The notes below the pieces were generated by a model. The model was not told where the DNA came from. It worked only from the letters and a program-made list of their open reading frames with translations, and did not search any database. The translations under genes and the position numbers were made by a program. A stretch of 63,920 nucleotides of DNA, the filler included, from Acidimicrobiia bacterium (GTDB lineage Bacteria > Actinomycetota > Acidimicrobiia > Spongiisociales > CAZKJJ01): the NCBI GenBank assembly GCA_046759765.1. It is 6 parts of 6 records of this genome, joined end to end, with 100 filler letters (N's around TTAATTAATTAA, not from the genome) between each part and the next. Parts side by side here need not be neighbours in the genome. Positions count along the whole stretch, not along the records: positions 1 to 11,065 come from JBHICV010000076.1; 5 more parts are not named here. One strand, written 5' to 3'. Positions 1 to 9,320 of this stretch are shown here, one piece after another (the stretch's first letter is position 1; each line of letters begins with the position of its first letter).

Positions 1-776
1 CGGCCGAGACTGTGGCCAAGACGATGCGCTGGGTGCGGCTCACCCTCAACCAGGCAGTCCGAGACCGCCGGATCCTTTCCTCGCCGGCCCAAGGTCTGCG
101 GCTTCCCAAGCCTCGGCGGACCGAGATGCGGTTGCTCGACCCGTCACAGGTCGAGGCGCTCGCTGACGCCCTACCCGGCCGATACCGGTCGCTGGTGGTA
201 GCCGCCGCCTATACGGGAATGCGGTGGGGGGAGCTGGCCGGCCTGCGGGTCGCCGATGTGGACATGCTGCGCCGACGTCTCACCGTTTCCTCGGCCCTAA
301 TCGAAGCCTCCGGGCAGCTCCCGGAGCTGGGCGCTCCCAAGTCGGCGGCGTCGGAGCGGACCATCACCCTCCCCCAGGTCGTCATCGAGGCCCTGGCCCG
401 TCACCTCGAGCAGCATCCACCCGTCGAGGGGATGGTCTGGACCACCGAGCGGGGCGAGTTCCTGCGTCGGGGGTCGTTTGGGAGGATCTGGCGGCAGGCG
501 GTTGCTGAGACCGTTGGCCCGCCCTGCCGGTTCCACGACCTGCGTCACACCCACGCCTCCTGGCTGATCGCCGCCGGCGAGCACCCCAAGACCATCCAGA
601 CCCGACTAGGGCATTGGTCGATCCAGGTCACGATCGACCGCTACGGCCATCTCATGGACGGGCTCGACGACCAGACCGCGGCCCGTCTCGACGCCCTCGC
701 CTCCGGCTCGCGTGGCCCAGGCGTGGCCCAGGTCAAGGAACCGATCGCACTCGGAAAGCGCAGAAACCCCCGCTGA
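1..776 (+). mobile_element. Tyrosine recombinase/integrase (5'-truncated), edge of an integrative element at tRNA-Glu
   Basis: Catalytic motifs YTGMRWGE, FHDLRHT and LGH..VTIDRYGH. Converges on the 3' end of tRNA-Glu. Confidence 0.93.
710..731 (+). repeat. Tandem 11-bp direct repeat GCGTGGCCCAG x2, putative integrase arm-type binding sites
   Basis: Exact repeat at 710-720 and 721-731, about 60 nt from the tRNA 3' end. Confidence 0.55.
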
Positions 777-787
777 GCAGGGGTTTC
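763..787. terminator. Hairpin between integrase and tRNA-Glu
   Basis: GAAACCCC (763-770) and GGGGTTTC (780-787) form an inverted repeat between convergent genes. Confidence 0.55.
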
Positions 788-793
788 AGCGAG

Positions 794-866
794 TGGCCCC
801 GACCGGATTCGAACCGGCGTTACCGGCTTGAAAGGCCGGCGTCCTGGGCCTCTGGACGACGGGGCC
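794..866 (-). tRNA. tRNA-Glu(TTC)
   Basis: GGCCCCG/CGGGGCC acceptor stem, CCGGC-CT-TTC-AA-GCCGG anticodon arm and GGTTCGAATCC T-loop. CCA is not encoded. Lies downstream of gltX. Confidence 0.96.
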
Positions 867-917
867 CGCGATATCGCATGGTACCGGGGCATATACAGCA
901 AGAACGTGATGGCACCC

Positions 918-2360
918 CTAGAAACGATCCAACACCTGGTCGATCCGGCTAAGACTCTCGTCCCTACCGAGCGCCGCCAGGCTTTCGAACAGGGGAGGGC
1001 TGATGTGAGACCCCGTCACTGCCACCCGTACCGGCTGCAGGCCCTTCCGTGCCGATAGCTCGAGATCCTCCAGCATGGACCGCAGAGCCGACTCGATGCT
1101 CGACGCATCCCAGCTGTCGACCGCGTCCAGCTTTTCACGTGCCGCTTCCACCGCCGGCTCGGCCTCCGGCGATCCCATCACCTTTGACCAGGAACCCTCG
1201 TCGTACTGAAGGTCGCCTTCACGCAGGAAGGCCGCGAGCGGGCCGACATCGGCCAGCGTCTCCACCCGTTCCCGGATCTCGGGCGCCAGGTCTTCGAAGC
1301 GCTGCCACTCGAGGGGGCTCACTGCGCCCTCTGCCTCCAGGAACGGGCGGGCCCGAACGACAAACTCGAATGTGTCCAGCGCGCGAATGTAGGCGCCGTT
1401 CATCCACGTCAGCTTCTCCGGATCGAAGACCGCGGGGTTGCGAGAGACGTCTGCCAAATCAAAGTGAGACACGGCATCCGAGACCGAGAAGATCGTTGTC
1501 TCGGGATCGAACGACCATCCGAGCAGGCTGAGGTAGTTGAACACCGCCTCGGCCAGATATCCGGCTTCGCGATAGGCGGAGACCGAAGTCACGCCGTGCC
1601 GCTTGGACAGCTTCTTTCCATCCGGGCCGAAGAGAAGTGGCATATGAGCGTAAGTCGGCGGCTCTGCCTCCATCGCCAGGGTCAAGAGGATGTGCTTGGG
1701 GGTGGAGGACAGCAGGTCCTCTCCCCTGGCCACGTGAGTGATCTCGTAGTCGACATCGTCGACGGTCGAGGCGAGGTGGTAGGTGGGCGTTCCGTCGGAT
1801 CTCAGGAGGATGAAGTCATCGATTACTTCATGGGAGAACTCCATCGACCCTCGAACCAGGTCTTCGAACTTGGTGTCGCCGGGCCGAGGAACCGCCAGTC
1901 GGACCGCAGCCGGCTCGCCGTCGTCCCGCCGTTGCGCAGAATCCGACGCCGGGAGAGTCCGGCAACGTCCGTCGTAGCCCGGAGGGCGGCCGGCTCGTTG
2001 GGCCTCCTTCCTGCGAGTGGCGAGGTCCTCGGGGGTGCAGAAGCAGAGATATGCCAACTCGCCCTCCAGCAGTCCGGTGGCTACCTCCTGGTACCGATCA
2101 AGACGGTCGCTCTGGCGATAAGTCCCGTGGGGACCGCCAACTCTGACTCCCTCGTCCCAGTCGAGCCCCACCCAACGAAGCGCCTCGAGGTTCTCCTCCT
2201 CGAACTCGGGGGTGCTGCGCTCGCGGTCGGTGTCATCAACTCTCACGATGAACACGCCGCCGTTATGGCGGGCGTAAAGCCAGTTGAAGAGGCCGGCCCT
2301 GGCATTGCCGACGTGCAATTCCCCGGTAGGAGAAGGAGCAATGCGCACCCGCACCGTCAT
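918..2360 (-). CDS. gltX: Glutamate--tRNA ligase
   Basis: RIAPSPTG..HVGN (HIGH motif), KLSKR (KMSKS motif) and ITHVARGED. Confidence 0.97.
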   Translation of the reverse strand: MTVRVRIAPSPTGELHVGNARAGLFNWLYARHNGGVFIVRVDDTDRERSTPEFEEENLEALRWVGLDWDEGVRVGGPHGTYRQSDRLDRYQEVATGLLEGELAYLCFCTPEDLATRRKEAQRAGRPPGYDGRCRTLPASDSAQRRDDGEPAAVRLAVPRPGDTKFEDLVRGSMEFSHEVIDDFILLRSDGTPTYHLASTVDDVDYEITHVARGEDLLSSTPKHILLTLAMEAEPPTYAHMPLLFGPDGKKLSKRHGVTSVSAYREAGYLAEAVFNYLSLLGWSFDPETTIFSVSDAVSHFDLADVSRNPAVFDPEKLTWMNGAYIRALDTFEFVVRARPFLEAEGAVSPLEWQRFEDLAPEIRERVETLADVGPLAAFLREGDLQYDEGSWSKVMGSPEAEPAVEAAREKLDAVDSWDASSIESALRSMLEDLELSARKGLQPVRVAVTGSHISPPLFESLAALGRDESLSRIDQVLDRF

Positions 2361-3118
2361 GGGGACGCCACCGGGTTTCCCAGCACTCCGATGCCTTCGA
2401 TCTCGGCCTCGACCCGGTCACCGGGCTCGATCGGTCCCACTCCTGGCGGTGTGCCGGTCAAGATGACATCGCCCGGAAGAAGCGTCATCACCTCGGAGAC
2501 ATACTCGATCAGCTCGGCAACTCCGAAGATCATCTCCGACGTCCTTCCCGCTTGCCTTACCTCGTCGTTGACTCTGCACTCGACCAGCAGCGACTCGAGG
2601 GGGTCGAGCTCGGTCTCTATCGCCGGTCCCAGCGGACAGAAGGTGTCGAATCCTTTTGCCCTTCCCCACTGGCCGTCTTGCTGCTGCAGGTCATGAGCCG
2701 TGATGTCATTGGCGACCGTGTAGCCAAGGAGCACCTGCTCGACGTCCTCGGCCTTGGTGTGTCTCGCAATGGCTCCTATCACAACGGCCAGCTCGGCCTC
2801 GTGGTGGATCTCGCCCACGTCGGGCGGCACAATGATCGGCTGCTCGGGTCCGATGACCGAGGTCGGGGGCTTGAGGAAGATGATCGGTTCGGTCGGCATG
2901 GGATTGTCCAGCTCCGAAATGTGCTCCTCGTAGTTACGGCCCACTCCCACGATCTTGGTAGGAAACACGGGCGCCAACAGCTGCAGGTTGCCGTAGGGCA
3001 CGACGACCTCGGTTTCGTCCCAGGCAACCAGCGGCGACCCCTCCCACAGCCGGACCCCTTCGGACTCCGCGTTGCCGTAGGAGATACCCTCCTCGGTCTT
3101 CACGCGAACGATCTTCAT
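2357..3118 (-). CDS. Fumarylacetoacetate hydrolase family protein
   Basis: GRNY..H, HHEAEL, NDIT, KGFDTFCPLGP and GDVILTGTP. Usual actinobacterial neighbour of gltX. Confidence 0.93.
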   Translation of the reverse strand: MKIVRVKTEEGISYGNAESEGVRLWEGSPLVAWDETEVVVPYGNLQLLAPVFPTKIVGVGRNYEEHISELDNPMPTEPIIFLKPPTSVIGPEQPIIVPPDVGEIHHEAELAVVIGAIARHTKAEDVEQVLLGYTVANDITAHDLQQQDGQWGRAKGFDTFCPLGPAIETELDPLESLLVECRVNDEVRQAGRTSEMIFGVAELIEYVSEVMTLLPGDVILTGTPPGVGPIEPGDRVEAEIEGIGVLGNPVASP

Positions 3119-3148
3119 TGCGCTAGCCCGGACAGTGCCTGTCCGGCA

Positions 3149-3673
3149 TCACTGTCGTTCGGTAGCGTGCGACTCGACGACCAGGCGATGCTTGAGCTCC
3201 TGAAGTGACAGCGCCAGGACATCGCTGCCCAGTGCCGCCAGAAGCCCTCTCCCTTTGACCTTTTCCCGAGCTGCTTCGTCCAGCCATACTCGCCGCCCCT
3301 CGGCCAGCTGTCGCACCAGGGCCGAGGGTAGATCGGAAGGATCGAGCCCGAGTAGGACCAAGGCGAAGTCCACGTCTACCGGCACGGGTGCCCTCCCGAA
3401 GTAAGCGGCCCGCGCGGATGCGATAGCCGCCACGAGCTCTCTGATCAGCTCAGGGTTCTCCCCCTCGGGAGCGTCGATCTGCCGCCTGGCAACCAGCAGC
3501 TGCGCCCACCCGGTGTCCGGGCCCGGTCGGCCGAAGGCACCTCCCCATTCCATGTCGCCGGGCCCCTCGATCTCCCCGGGCCGATTGGGCGACCAACGAG
3601 CAGGTGCGGCGGGCTCCGGCTCCGGACGAGGCCGCTCGGCGTCAGTGACCTCGATGTTTGGCTGCTGAGCCAT
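3149..3673 (-). CDS. Hypothetical protein (174 aa, MAQQPNIEV...)
   Basis: ATG at 3673 overlaps the ilvE stop (TGATG). Fills the gap in the operon and has protein-like composition. Confidence 0.75.
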   Translation of the reverse strand: MAQQPNIEVTDAERPRPEPEPAAPARWSPNRPGEIEGPGDMEWGGAFGRPGPDTGWAQLLVARRQIDAPEGENPELIRELVAAIASARAAYFGRAPVPVDVDFALVLLGLDPSDLPSALVRQLAEGRRVWLDEAAREKVKGRGLLAALGSDVLALSLQELKHRLVVESHATERQ

Positions 3674-4587
3674 CAGACCAGTTCGACCCAGCCCCGGTAG
3701 GAATCGAGTTCGCCGCGCACGGCCTGGCCGTACAGCCGTTGAGCAAGCTGCGTTACGGGACCCGGCCGTCCCGAGGAGATCGGGCGATCGTCCACTTGGC
3801 GGATAGGTGCCACCTCCGCCGCAGTTCCGGTCAGAAAGACCTCGTCGGCGGCGTAGGTGTCTTCTCGGGTTATCGACTGCTCCCGGACAGGATGACCCGC
3901 GTCGGAGAGAAGTGTCATCACCGAAGCACGGGTGATCCCGGGCAGAATCCCGTCGGCCGGAGGCGGCGTGATCACAACCCCGTCCTTGACAATGAATACG
4001 TTCATGCCGCTTGCTTCCACCACCTTGTCCTCGGCGTTCAGGACAAGCGCCTCCTCCGCTCCCGACCGCAGCGCCTCTGCCTTGGCCATGACATTGTTGA
4101 GGTAGCCGCCGGATCCCTTGGCGGACGCGACTAGAGCCGTGCTCTCGATTCGGCGCCATGACGAGATCATGGCGGTGATCCCTTTCCTCACCCCCTCATC
4201 CCCGTGGTAGGCGCCCCACTTCCAGGCGGCAATGATGCTCTGGGTCGCCGCCCCCTCCGGGTTGAGTCCGATCGATCCGAGCCCTAAGAAGACGAGAGGC
4301 CGTAAGTAGCCGTCATGAAGACCGTTGCGGGTTACGACTTCCCGGGCTGCCTTGCACAACTCATCGACGGAGTAGCTGAGCGGAATGGAGTAAGCCTCGG
4401 CAGAGGAGTGAAGCCTCTCCATGTGATCGGTGAGACGAAAGAGCCCGGGCCCAGAGTCGGTCTGATAGGCACGGATGCCCTCGAAGACGCCGGTCCCGTA
4501 GTGCAGAGCGTGACTGAGCACATGAATCTGCGCCTCGTCCCATGGAACGAGCTCGCCATCCATCCATATCAGCTGGCCGTGTTCCAC
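3673..4587 (-). CDS. ilvE: Branched-chain amino acid aminotransferase
   Basis: HALHYGTGVFEGIRAY, ILPGITR and EVFLTGTAAEV. GTG start at 4587 inferred. Confidence 0.93.
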   Translation of the reverse strand: MEHGQLIWMDGELVPWDEAQIHVLSHALHYGTGVFEGIRAYQTDSGPGLFRLTDHMERLHSSAEAYSIPLSYSVDELCKAAREVVTRNGLHDGYLRPLVFLGLGSIGLNPEGAATQSIIAAWKWGAYHGDEGVRKGITAMISSWRRIESTALVASAKGSGGYLNNVMAKAEALRSGAEEALVLNAEDKVVEASGMNVFIVKDGVVITPPPADGILPGITRASVMTLLSDAGHPVREQSITREDTYAADEVFLTGTAAEVAPIRQVDDRPISSGRPGPVTQLAQRLYGQAVRGELDSYRGWVELV

Positions 4588-4592
4588 GGGCC

Positions 4593-6530
4593 TTATGATC
4601 CCACGTCTTGGGCACTGCCTCCGAGATGGCGCGCATGCCAATCGAGCACGATCTCGAAACGCTCGAGACGGTGCTTAGGCAGGCCTGACCGACTCAGCTC
4701 GTGTCCCTCCCCGGGAAACCTCACCATCTCCGCCTCGGTGCCGGCCTTGAGGAGAGTTAGAAAGAGCTGCTCGGCCTGCTCGATGGGACAGCGGAAGTCG
4801 TTCTCCGAGTGGAGGATGAGAGTGGGGGTGGTGATCTGATGGGCATAGGTGAGCGGGCTCTTGCTAGAAAGAAGCTCACGGCCATCTGGGAGATCGGTCG
4901 ACAGGTAGTACTTGGAAAACGTAGCGCCGATGTCCGATGTGCCCGCGAACGACTCCCAGGAGAGGAGGGCCCTTTCCACGATCGCCGAGCTGTAGCGATG
5001 GTCGTGGGCGGTCAGCCAGGCCGTCAGGAATCCACCATAGGAACCGCCCATGACGCCCAGACGGTCAGGGTCCAAGCGGGGAAAACGATTGAGGGCCTCA
5101 TCGACGCAGGCCGTCACGTCCGCCATGTCCGCCGTTCCCCACCCGTCGTCGGTGACGGCCCGGACGAACTCTCTTCCTCGGCCGGTTGAGCCGCGGGGAT
5201 TGCAGGCCACCACCCCGTAACCGGCGGAGGCATAGATCTGAAACTCGTCGAAGAACCCATAGCCGTACTGGGAGGCGGGACCACCGTGGATGTTGAGCAG
5301 CATGGGAACCTGTTCGCTGCCTGCGGGCAGGTACGCCCAGGCGTGGACCTCCGTTCCGTCCGACGTGAACGAGAAAGGCTGCGGCTCGATGAAATCGACG
5401 GTCTCTCGAAAGGTCTGGTTGAAGTCGGTCAGACGGCTCTCGTCGCCGTTGTCCCACAGATAGACCTCGCCGGGATCAGTCGGGCTGTTCGCTACGAACG
5501 CCATCCGGCTCCCGTCCTCCGAAACGGTGACTCCCGTGACGACGCGATCGCCTTCGATCATCGGGGAGACGTCTCCGTCCGGGCTGAAACGCCTCGCCTG
5601 TATCCGACCGGCGTCCTCGACCAGGGCCACGAATTCCTTGTCTGTCCACTGCGGCCGGTCGGGCACCGTCGCCGGCAATATCCAGTGGAGGTTGCGGTCG
5701 ATGTGACCGGTGAGATCAGTTAGGGCGCCGTCGTCCTCGAGGCGCCACATGGCGGAAGTCGTGGGGTGCCCCCAGGGGTCCGGATCGCCGATCAAATGCA
5801 AGACGCCGTCCGGCGAGTAGGTCGGATATCCCCAGAGCCCTCGCTCGACGACTTCAACCGGCTCCTCGGAGTCCAGATCAAGCTCGAAGACCGAGACACC
5901 CGGTTCCAGGCCGCGGTCCGGATGGCGGGCGCCGCAGAAGGCGATCCCCCCGGAGTCAGCCCGCCACGCAAAGTCGGTTTCGTCGAAGTCACCGGGCGTG
6001 AGACACCGAAGAGGCTCTACGCCCTCCGGATCAATGAGATAGATGTGCCGGCGGCGGTCGAACAGCCAACCGATAGTGTCGAACCGATACGGATACCGGG
6101 TGATGCGCTTGGGCTGGCGCTTCCGCTCCTCATCCGACAGATCTCCCCATTCGTCGGTCCAGTCCGTCCCCCGCGCGGCCAGCCAACGCCCATCCGGGGA
6201 CCACTCGAGAGACTCGAATCCCAGAGGAAGCTCGGTCAGGACCCGAGCTTCTCCCCCGGAAGCGGGCATGACCGCCACTTGGCTGTGCTTTTCGTCTTTC
6301 TCACTGCGTAGGAACGCCAGCCGCTCCCCGCCGGGCGACCACCGGGGCGCACGGTCGCAGTCACCGGAAGTGAACTGACGATTAGCACTCCCATCCCACA
6401 GCCATATCGAGCGCCGGTAGCGGTCCTCGTCGAGGTCGAGCTGCGAGGTCGTCCAGGCAATTCGGGAACCGTCGGGATGAAGGCGCGGGTCCTCTGGCTT
6501 GACCAAGCTGGCGAGATCCGTTGGTTTCAG
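4593..6530 (-). CDS. S9 family peptidase (acylaminoacyl peptidase-like, beta-propeller plus hydrolase)
   Basis: IHGGP, GGSYGG, D.RCP and EGHEL. Start uncertain (CTG 6530 or TTG 6506). Confidence 0.92.
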   Translation of the reverse strand: MKPTDLASLVKPEDPRLHPDGSRIAWTTSQLDLDEDRYRRSIWLWDGSANRQFTSGDCDRAPRWSPGGERLAFLRSEKDEKHSQVAVMPASGGEARVLTELPLGFESLEWSPDGRWLAARGTDWTDEWGDLSDEERKRQPKRITRYPYRFDTIGWLFDRRRHIYLIDPEGVEPLRCLTPGDFDETDFAWRADSGGIAFCGARHPDRGLEPGVSVFELDLDSEEPVEVVERGLWGYPTYSPDGVLHLIGDPDPWGHPTTSAMWRLEDDGALTDLTGHIDRNLHWILPATVPDRPQWTDKEFVALVEDAGRIQARRFSPDGDVSPMIEGDRVVTGVTVSEDGSRMAFVANSPTDPGEVYLWDNGDESRLTDFNQTFRETVDFIEPQPFSFTSDGTEVHAWAYLPAGSEQVPMLLNIHGGPASQYGYGFFDEFQIYASAGYGVVACNPRGSTGRGREFVRAVTDDGWGTADMADVTACVDEALNRFPRLDPDRLGVMGGSYGGFLTAWLTAHDHRYSSAIVERALLSWESFAGTSDIGATFSKYYLSTDLPDGRELLSSKSPLTYAHQITTPTLILHSENDFRCPIEQAEQLFLTLLKAGTEAEMVRFPGEGHELSRSGLPKHRLERFEIVLDWHARHLGGSAQDVGS

Positions 6531-6584
6531 CCGGCCTCCAGAGTCGCCGCAGCCTAGCGGGCACCTGCGCCTCCTAGGCTGGCG

Positions 6585-7043
6585 ATGGTGAAGCGCCTCG
6601 TGGCTTCGTGGTTCGGCACCGGCTTCATTCCCCGTCGCCTCTTCGGCACCGACTCCGGCGCCGGGACCGTAGGAGCACTGTTTGCGCTGATACCTGCCCT
6701 GTTACTCGGGACGGTTGGATGGGCGGCCCAGCTCGCAGGTGTCTTCGCGGTAGCCGTCGGCTCCTTATGGTCCGCGGCACCATTTACTCGCTCGGGGGAA
6801 GACCCCAACTGGATCGTGGTCGACGAGGCCGCAGGTGGCATGCTCAGTGTCGTGGGGCTGACCTCAGGGTGGTGGTGGATCCCGGCCTTCCTGGCCTTCC
6901 GGCTATTCGACGGCACCAAGTGGGCGCCGGGAGTGGCAGCAGCTGAGCGACTCCGGGGATCGATTGGGGTGACCGCGGATGATCTCGTGGCGGGTGCCTG
7001 GGCCTTACTGCTCGGCTGGGCCTTGCGGCTGGTCTTTCCCTAG
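6585..7043 (+). CDS. pgpA: Phosphatidylglycerophosphatase A
   Basis: AGTVG, DP.WIVVDE, FRLFD..K and G...DDLVAG. Confidence 0.85.
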   Translation: MVKRLVASWFGTGFIPRRLFGTDSGAGTVGALFALIPALLLGTVGWAAQLAGVFAVAVGSLWSAAPFTRSGEDPNWIVVDEAAGGMLSVVGLTSGWWWIPAFLAFRLFDGTKWAPGVAAAERLRGSIGVTADDLVAGAWALLLGWALRLVFP

Positions 7044-8620
7044 AGCTCCACCGCGATTGCCTCGCTGATCCCCTCCAAGCCGAGCAGTCCCTCAACCTGA
7101 TCGAGCTGCAGTGGCTGGTCCAAGTTCAGACCCATCATGGCCGCGGCCCCGGTTTCGGGCGCTCGGCCGACGACCATATTGGCAATATTGATACCCGCGT
7201 CGCCGATAAAGGTCCCGAGCCGTCCGATCACCCCTGGAACGTCATCGTTGCGGACGATCAGCATGTGCTCAGAGAGGGGCAACTCGACCTCGTAGCCGAG
7301 AATCTCGACGAGCAGGGGGCCCTTTCTGCCCATCGTTCCCGCCACCGAGACAACACGTTTGCCCACCGAGCCGGTCAGCTTGACGCGCCACAGATACTCT
7401 TCCACTTCGGGCGAAGCCTCTTCCGACAGCACCAGGCCTCGGATCCGCGCGAGAGTGGGCGCGTTGACGTAGGAAACCGGCGCGTCGACGACTCTGCGGA
7501 GCGCACCCGTTAGTGCTGCCAGGCCGATGGCGCGGGTTGGGTGAGCAGCCAGCTCACCCTCCGCCCTCACAACCAATTCAGCGGGAAGGCCTCGGGCAAG
7601 AGCCACGAATACGATTCCGAGACGTTCAGCGAGCGGGAGCACTCTTCGGACCTCATCGGGGAGCTCCTGTCCAACGTCGACGTTGACGGCCGAGGACACG
7701 AGTTCGCCCCGCAGGGTATCTGCGACGGCTATCGCCACGTCGGTACCGGCCTTGTCCTGTGCCTCTCGCGTCGAGGCCCCGAGGTGCGGCGTGAGCACGA
7801 CCTGAGCGAACTCCTTCAGCCCGTCATGCGGTTTGGGCTCCTCCTCGAATACATCTAACGCTGCTCCTGCGACCTTGCCTGACGCCAAGGCATCGACGAG
7901 GGCGGATTCGTCGAGAACTCCACCCCGCGACGCGTTGACGATCCGGACGCCGTCCTTCATCTTTGAGGTCTCTGCGTGCCCGATGAGATTGCGTGTCTCT
8001 CGGGTAAGCGGAACGTGGATGGTGATGATGTCAGCCTCCGAAAGCACCTCCTCGAGCTCCTCCGCCAGACGAGCTCCCACCCGCCGAGCCGCCTCCTCGC
8101 CGACGTAGGGATCGTAAGCAACGACATTCATCCCGAAGGCAAGAGCCCGGACGGCAACCAACGAACCGACGCGTCCCAGCCCGATCAACCCCAGGGTCTT
8201 GCCGTGCAGCTCGACCCCCTCGAGGGCCGATCGGTCCCAGAGACCCGATCGAAGGGTGGTGTCGCCCCGAGGCACATTCCGGGCCTGGGCCAGCATCAGG
8301 GCCATCGTGTGTTCGGCCGCCGAGATGACGTTGGCAGTCGGCGCATTCACGACCAGGACCCCCGCCGTGGTGGCGGCCTCCAGATCGATGTTGTCCACGC
8401 CCACTCCGGCGCGGCCGATCACCCGAAGGTGCTGAGCGGAGCCAAGCAGCTCTGCGTTTACTTGGGTTCCCGACCTGACAATCAGCCCGGCGGCGTCCGC
8501 GAGTCGCTCAATCAGCTCGGCTCGGCTCAGGCCGACTGCAACATCCACCGTGCAGTACTCGGCCAAGGCCTTGACGCCGGCGGGAGCGATCTCCTCCGCG
8601 ACAACAACCTTCGGTTTCAC
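7040..8620 (-). CDS. serA: D-3-phosphoglycerate dehydrogenase (ASB plus ACT type)
   Basis: RAGVGVDNID, GLGRVG, NASRGG, TPHLGAST and a C-terminal ACT domain (NDDVPGVIG). Confidence 0.95.
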   Translation of the reverse strand: MKPKVVVAEEIAPAGVKALAEYCTVDVAVGLSRAELIERLADAAGLIVRSGTQVNAELLGSAQHLRVIGRAGVGVDNIDLEAATTAGVLVVNAPTANVISAAEHTMALMLAQARNVPRGDTTLRSGLWDRSALEGVELHGKTLGLIGLGRVGSLVAVRALAFGMNVVAYDPYVGEEAARRVGARLAEELEEVLSEADIITIHVPLTRETRNLIGHAETSKMKDGVRIVNASRGGVLDESALVDALASGKVAGAALDVFEEEPKPHDGLKEFAQVVLTPHLGASTREAQDKAGTDVAIAVADTLRGELVSSAVNVDVGQELPDEVRRVLPLAERLGIVFVALARGLPAELVVRAEGELAAHPTRAIGLAALTGALRRVVDAPVSYVNAPTLARIRGLVLSEEASPEVEEYLWRVKLTGSVGKRVVSVAGTMGRKGPLLVEILGYEVELPLSEHMLIVRNDDVPGVIGRLGTFIGDAGINIANMVVGRAPETGAAAMMGLNLDQPLQLDQVEGLLGLEGISEAIAVEL

Positions 8621-8705
8621 GCCTTCATTGTGGCGGGTCGTCCGCCTGTGCCCAACCCTGGCCGCTGAATGACCCTGGTGACCGGATACCTAGTATCAGA
8701 CCGCG

Positions 8706-9146
8706 ATGGCAGAACCCGAACTCGAGCTGGTGGTAGCAGCAGTGGATGGATCGGACGCCAGCCTGCACGCAGCTCGCACGGCCGTGGCTTACGCGAGATC
8801 CAACGGGGCTCGGCTTCACGTTCTCACCGTCGTCCGGCCCACCGAGGGATGGTGGGGTATCGGAGGTGCCGGCCCCGCCGCAGAGGCCATGACCCACGCG
8901 CTGGAGAGCGCACAGCATGTTCTGGACGAGACGACCGCCGCCCTCGAGACGGACGATGTGGACGTCGAGACCAGCATCGAGATCGGCGAGCCCGCCGGAA
9001 CGGTTGCCGACTTTTGCGAGAAGCAGGGAGCCGATCTCCTGGTGATCGGACGACGGGGGGCCGGGCTTTTCGAGCGGATGACGATGGGCTCGACGGCTGA
9101 CCGGCTGGCGCACACCGCGCCGTGCCCGGTTCTGCTGGTGCCCTAG
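8706..9146 (+). CDS. Universal stress protein
   Basis: AVDGS..S, ADLLVIG.RG.G, MGS and APCPVLLVP. Confidence 0.93.
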   Translation: MAEPELELVVAAVDGSDASLHAARTAVAYARSNGARLHVLTVVRPTEGWWGIGGAGPAAEAMTHALESAQHVLDETTAALETDDVDVETSIEIGEPAGTVADFCEKQGADLLVIGRRGAGLFERMTMGSTADRLAHTAPCPVLLVP

Positions 9147-9168
9147 CAGCCCGAGTGCGCCCGCGACG

Positions 9169-9309
9169 TTAATTAGCGAAGAAGTACCAGATCAGGAAGC
9201 CCGCGCCGACTACGGCGGCGAGAAGAGCCAGCTTGAAGACCTTCCTAACGACCCAGAAGACGGCCAGCGCCCCAATGGCGATCGCGGCTATGAGCAAGAC
9301 GTTGTCCAT
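9169..9309 (-). CDS. Small membrane protein (46 aa)
   Basis: Hand-translated as MDNVLLIAAIAIGALAVFWVVRKVFKLALLAAVVGAGFLIWYFFAN, with two hydrophobic segments. Below the ORF-track cutoff. Confidence 0.7.
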   Translation of the reverse strand: MDNVLLIAAIAIGALAVFWVVRKVFKLALLAAVVGAGFLIWYFFAN

Positions 9310-9320
9310 CGGACGGGAGC

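Noticed and set aside
1464..2696. Long antisense or alternative-frame ORFs (also 14115-15209, 18975-20186, 30624-31640, 45154-46218, 61789-63078)
   Set aside because: They shadow well-supported genes and lack motifs, as expected in high-GC DNA.
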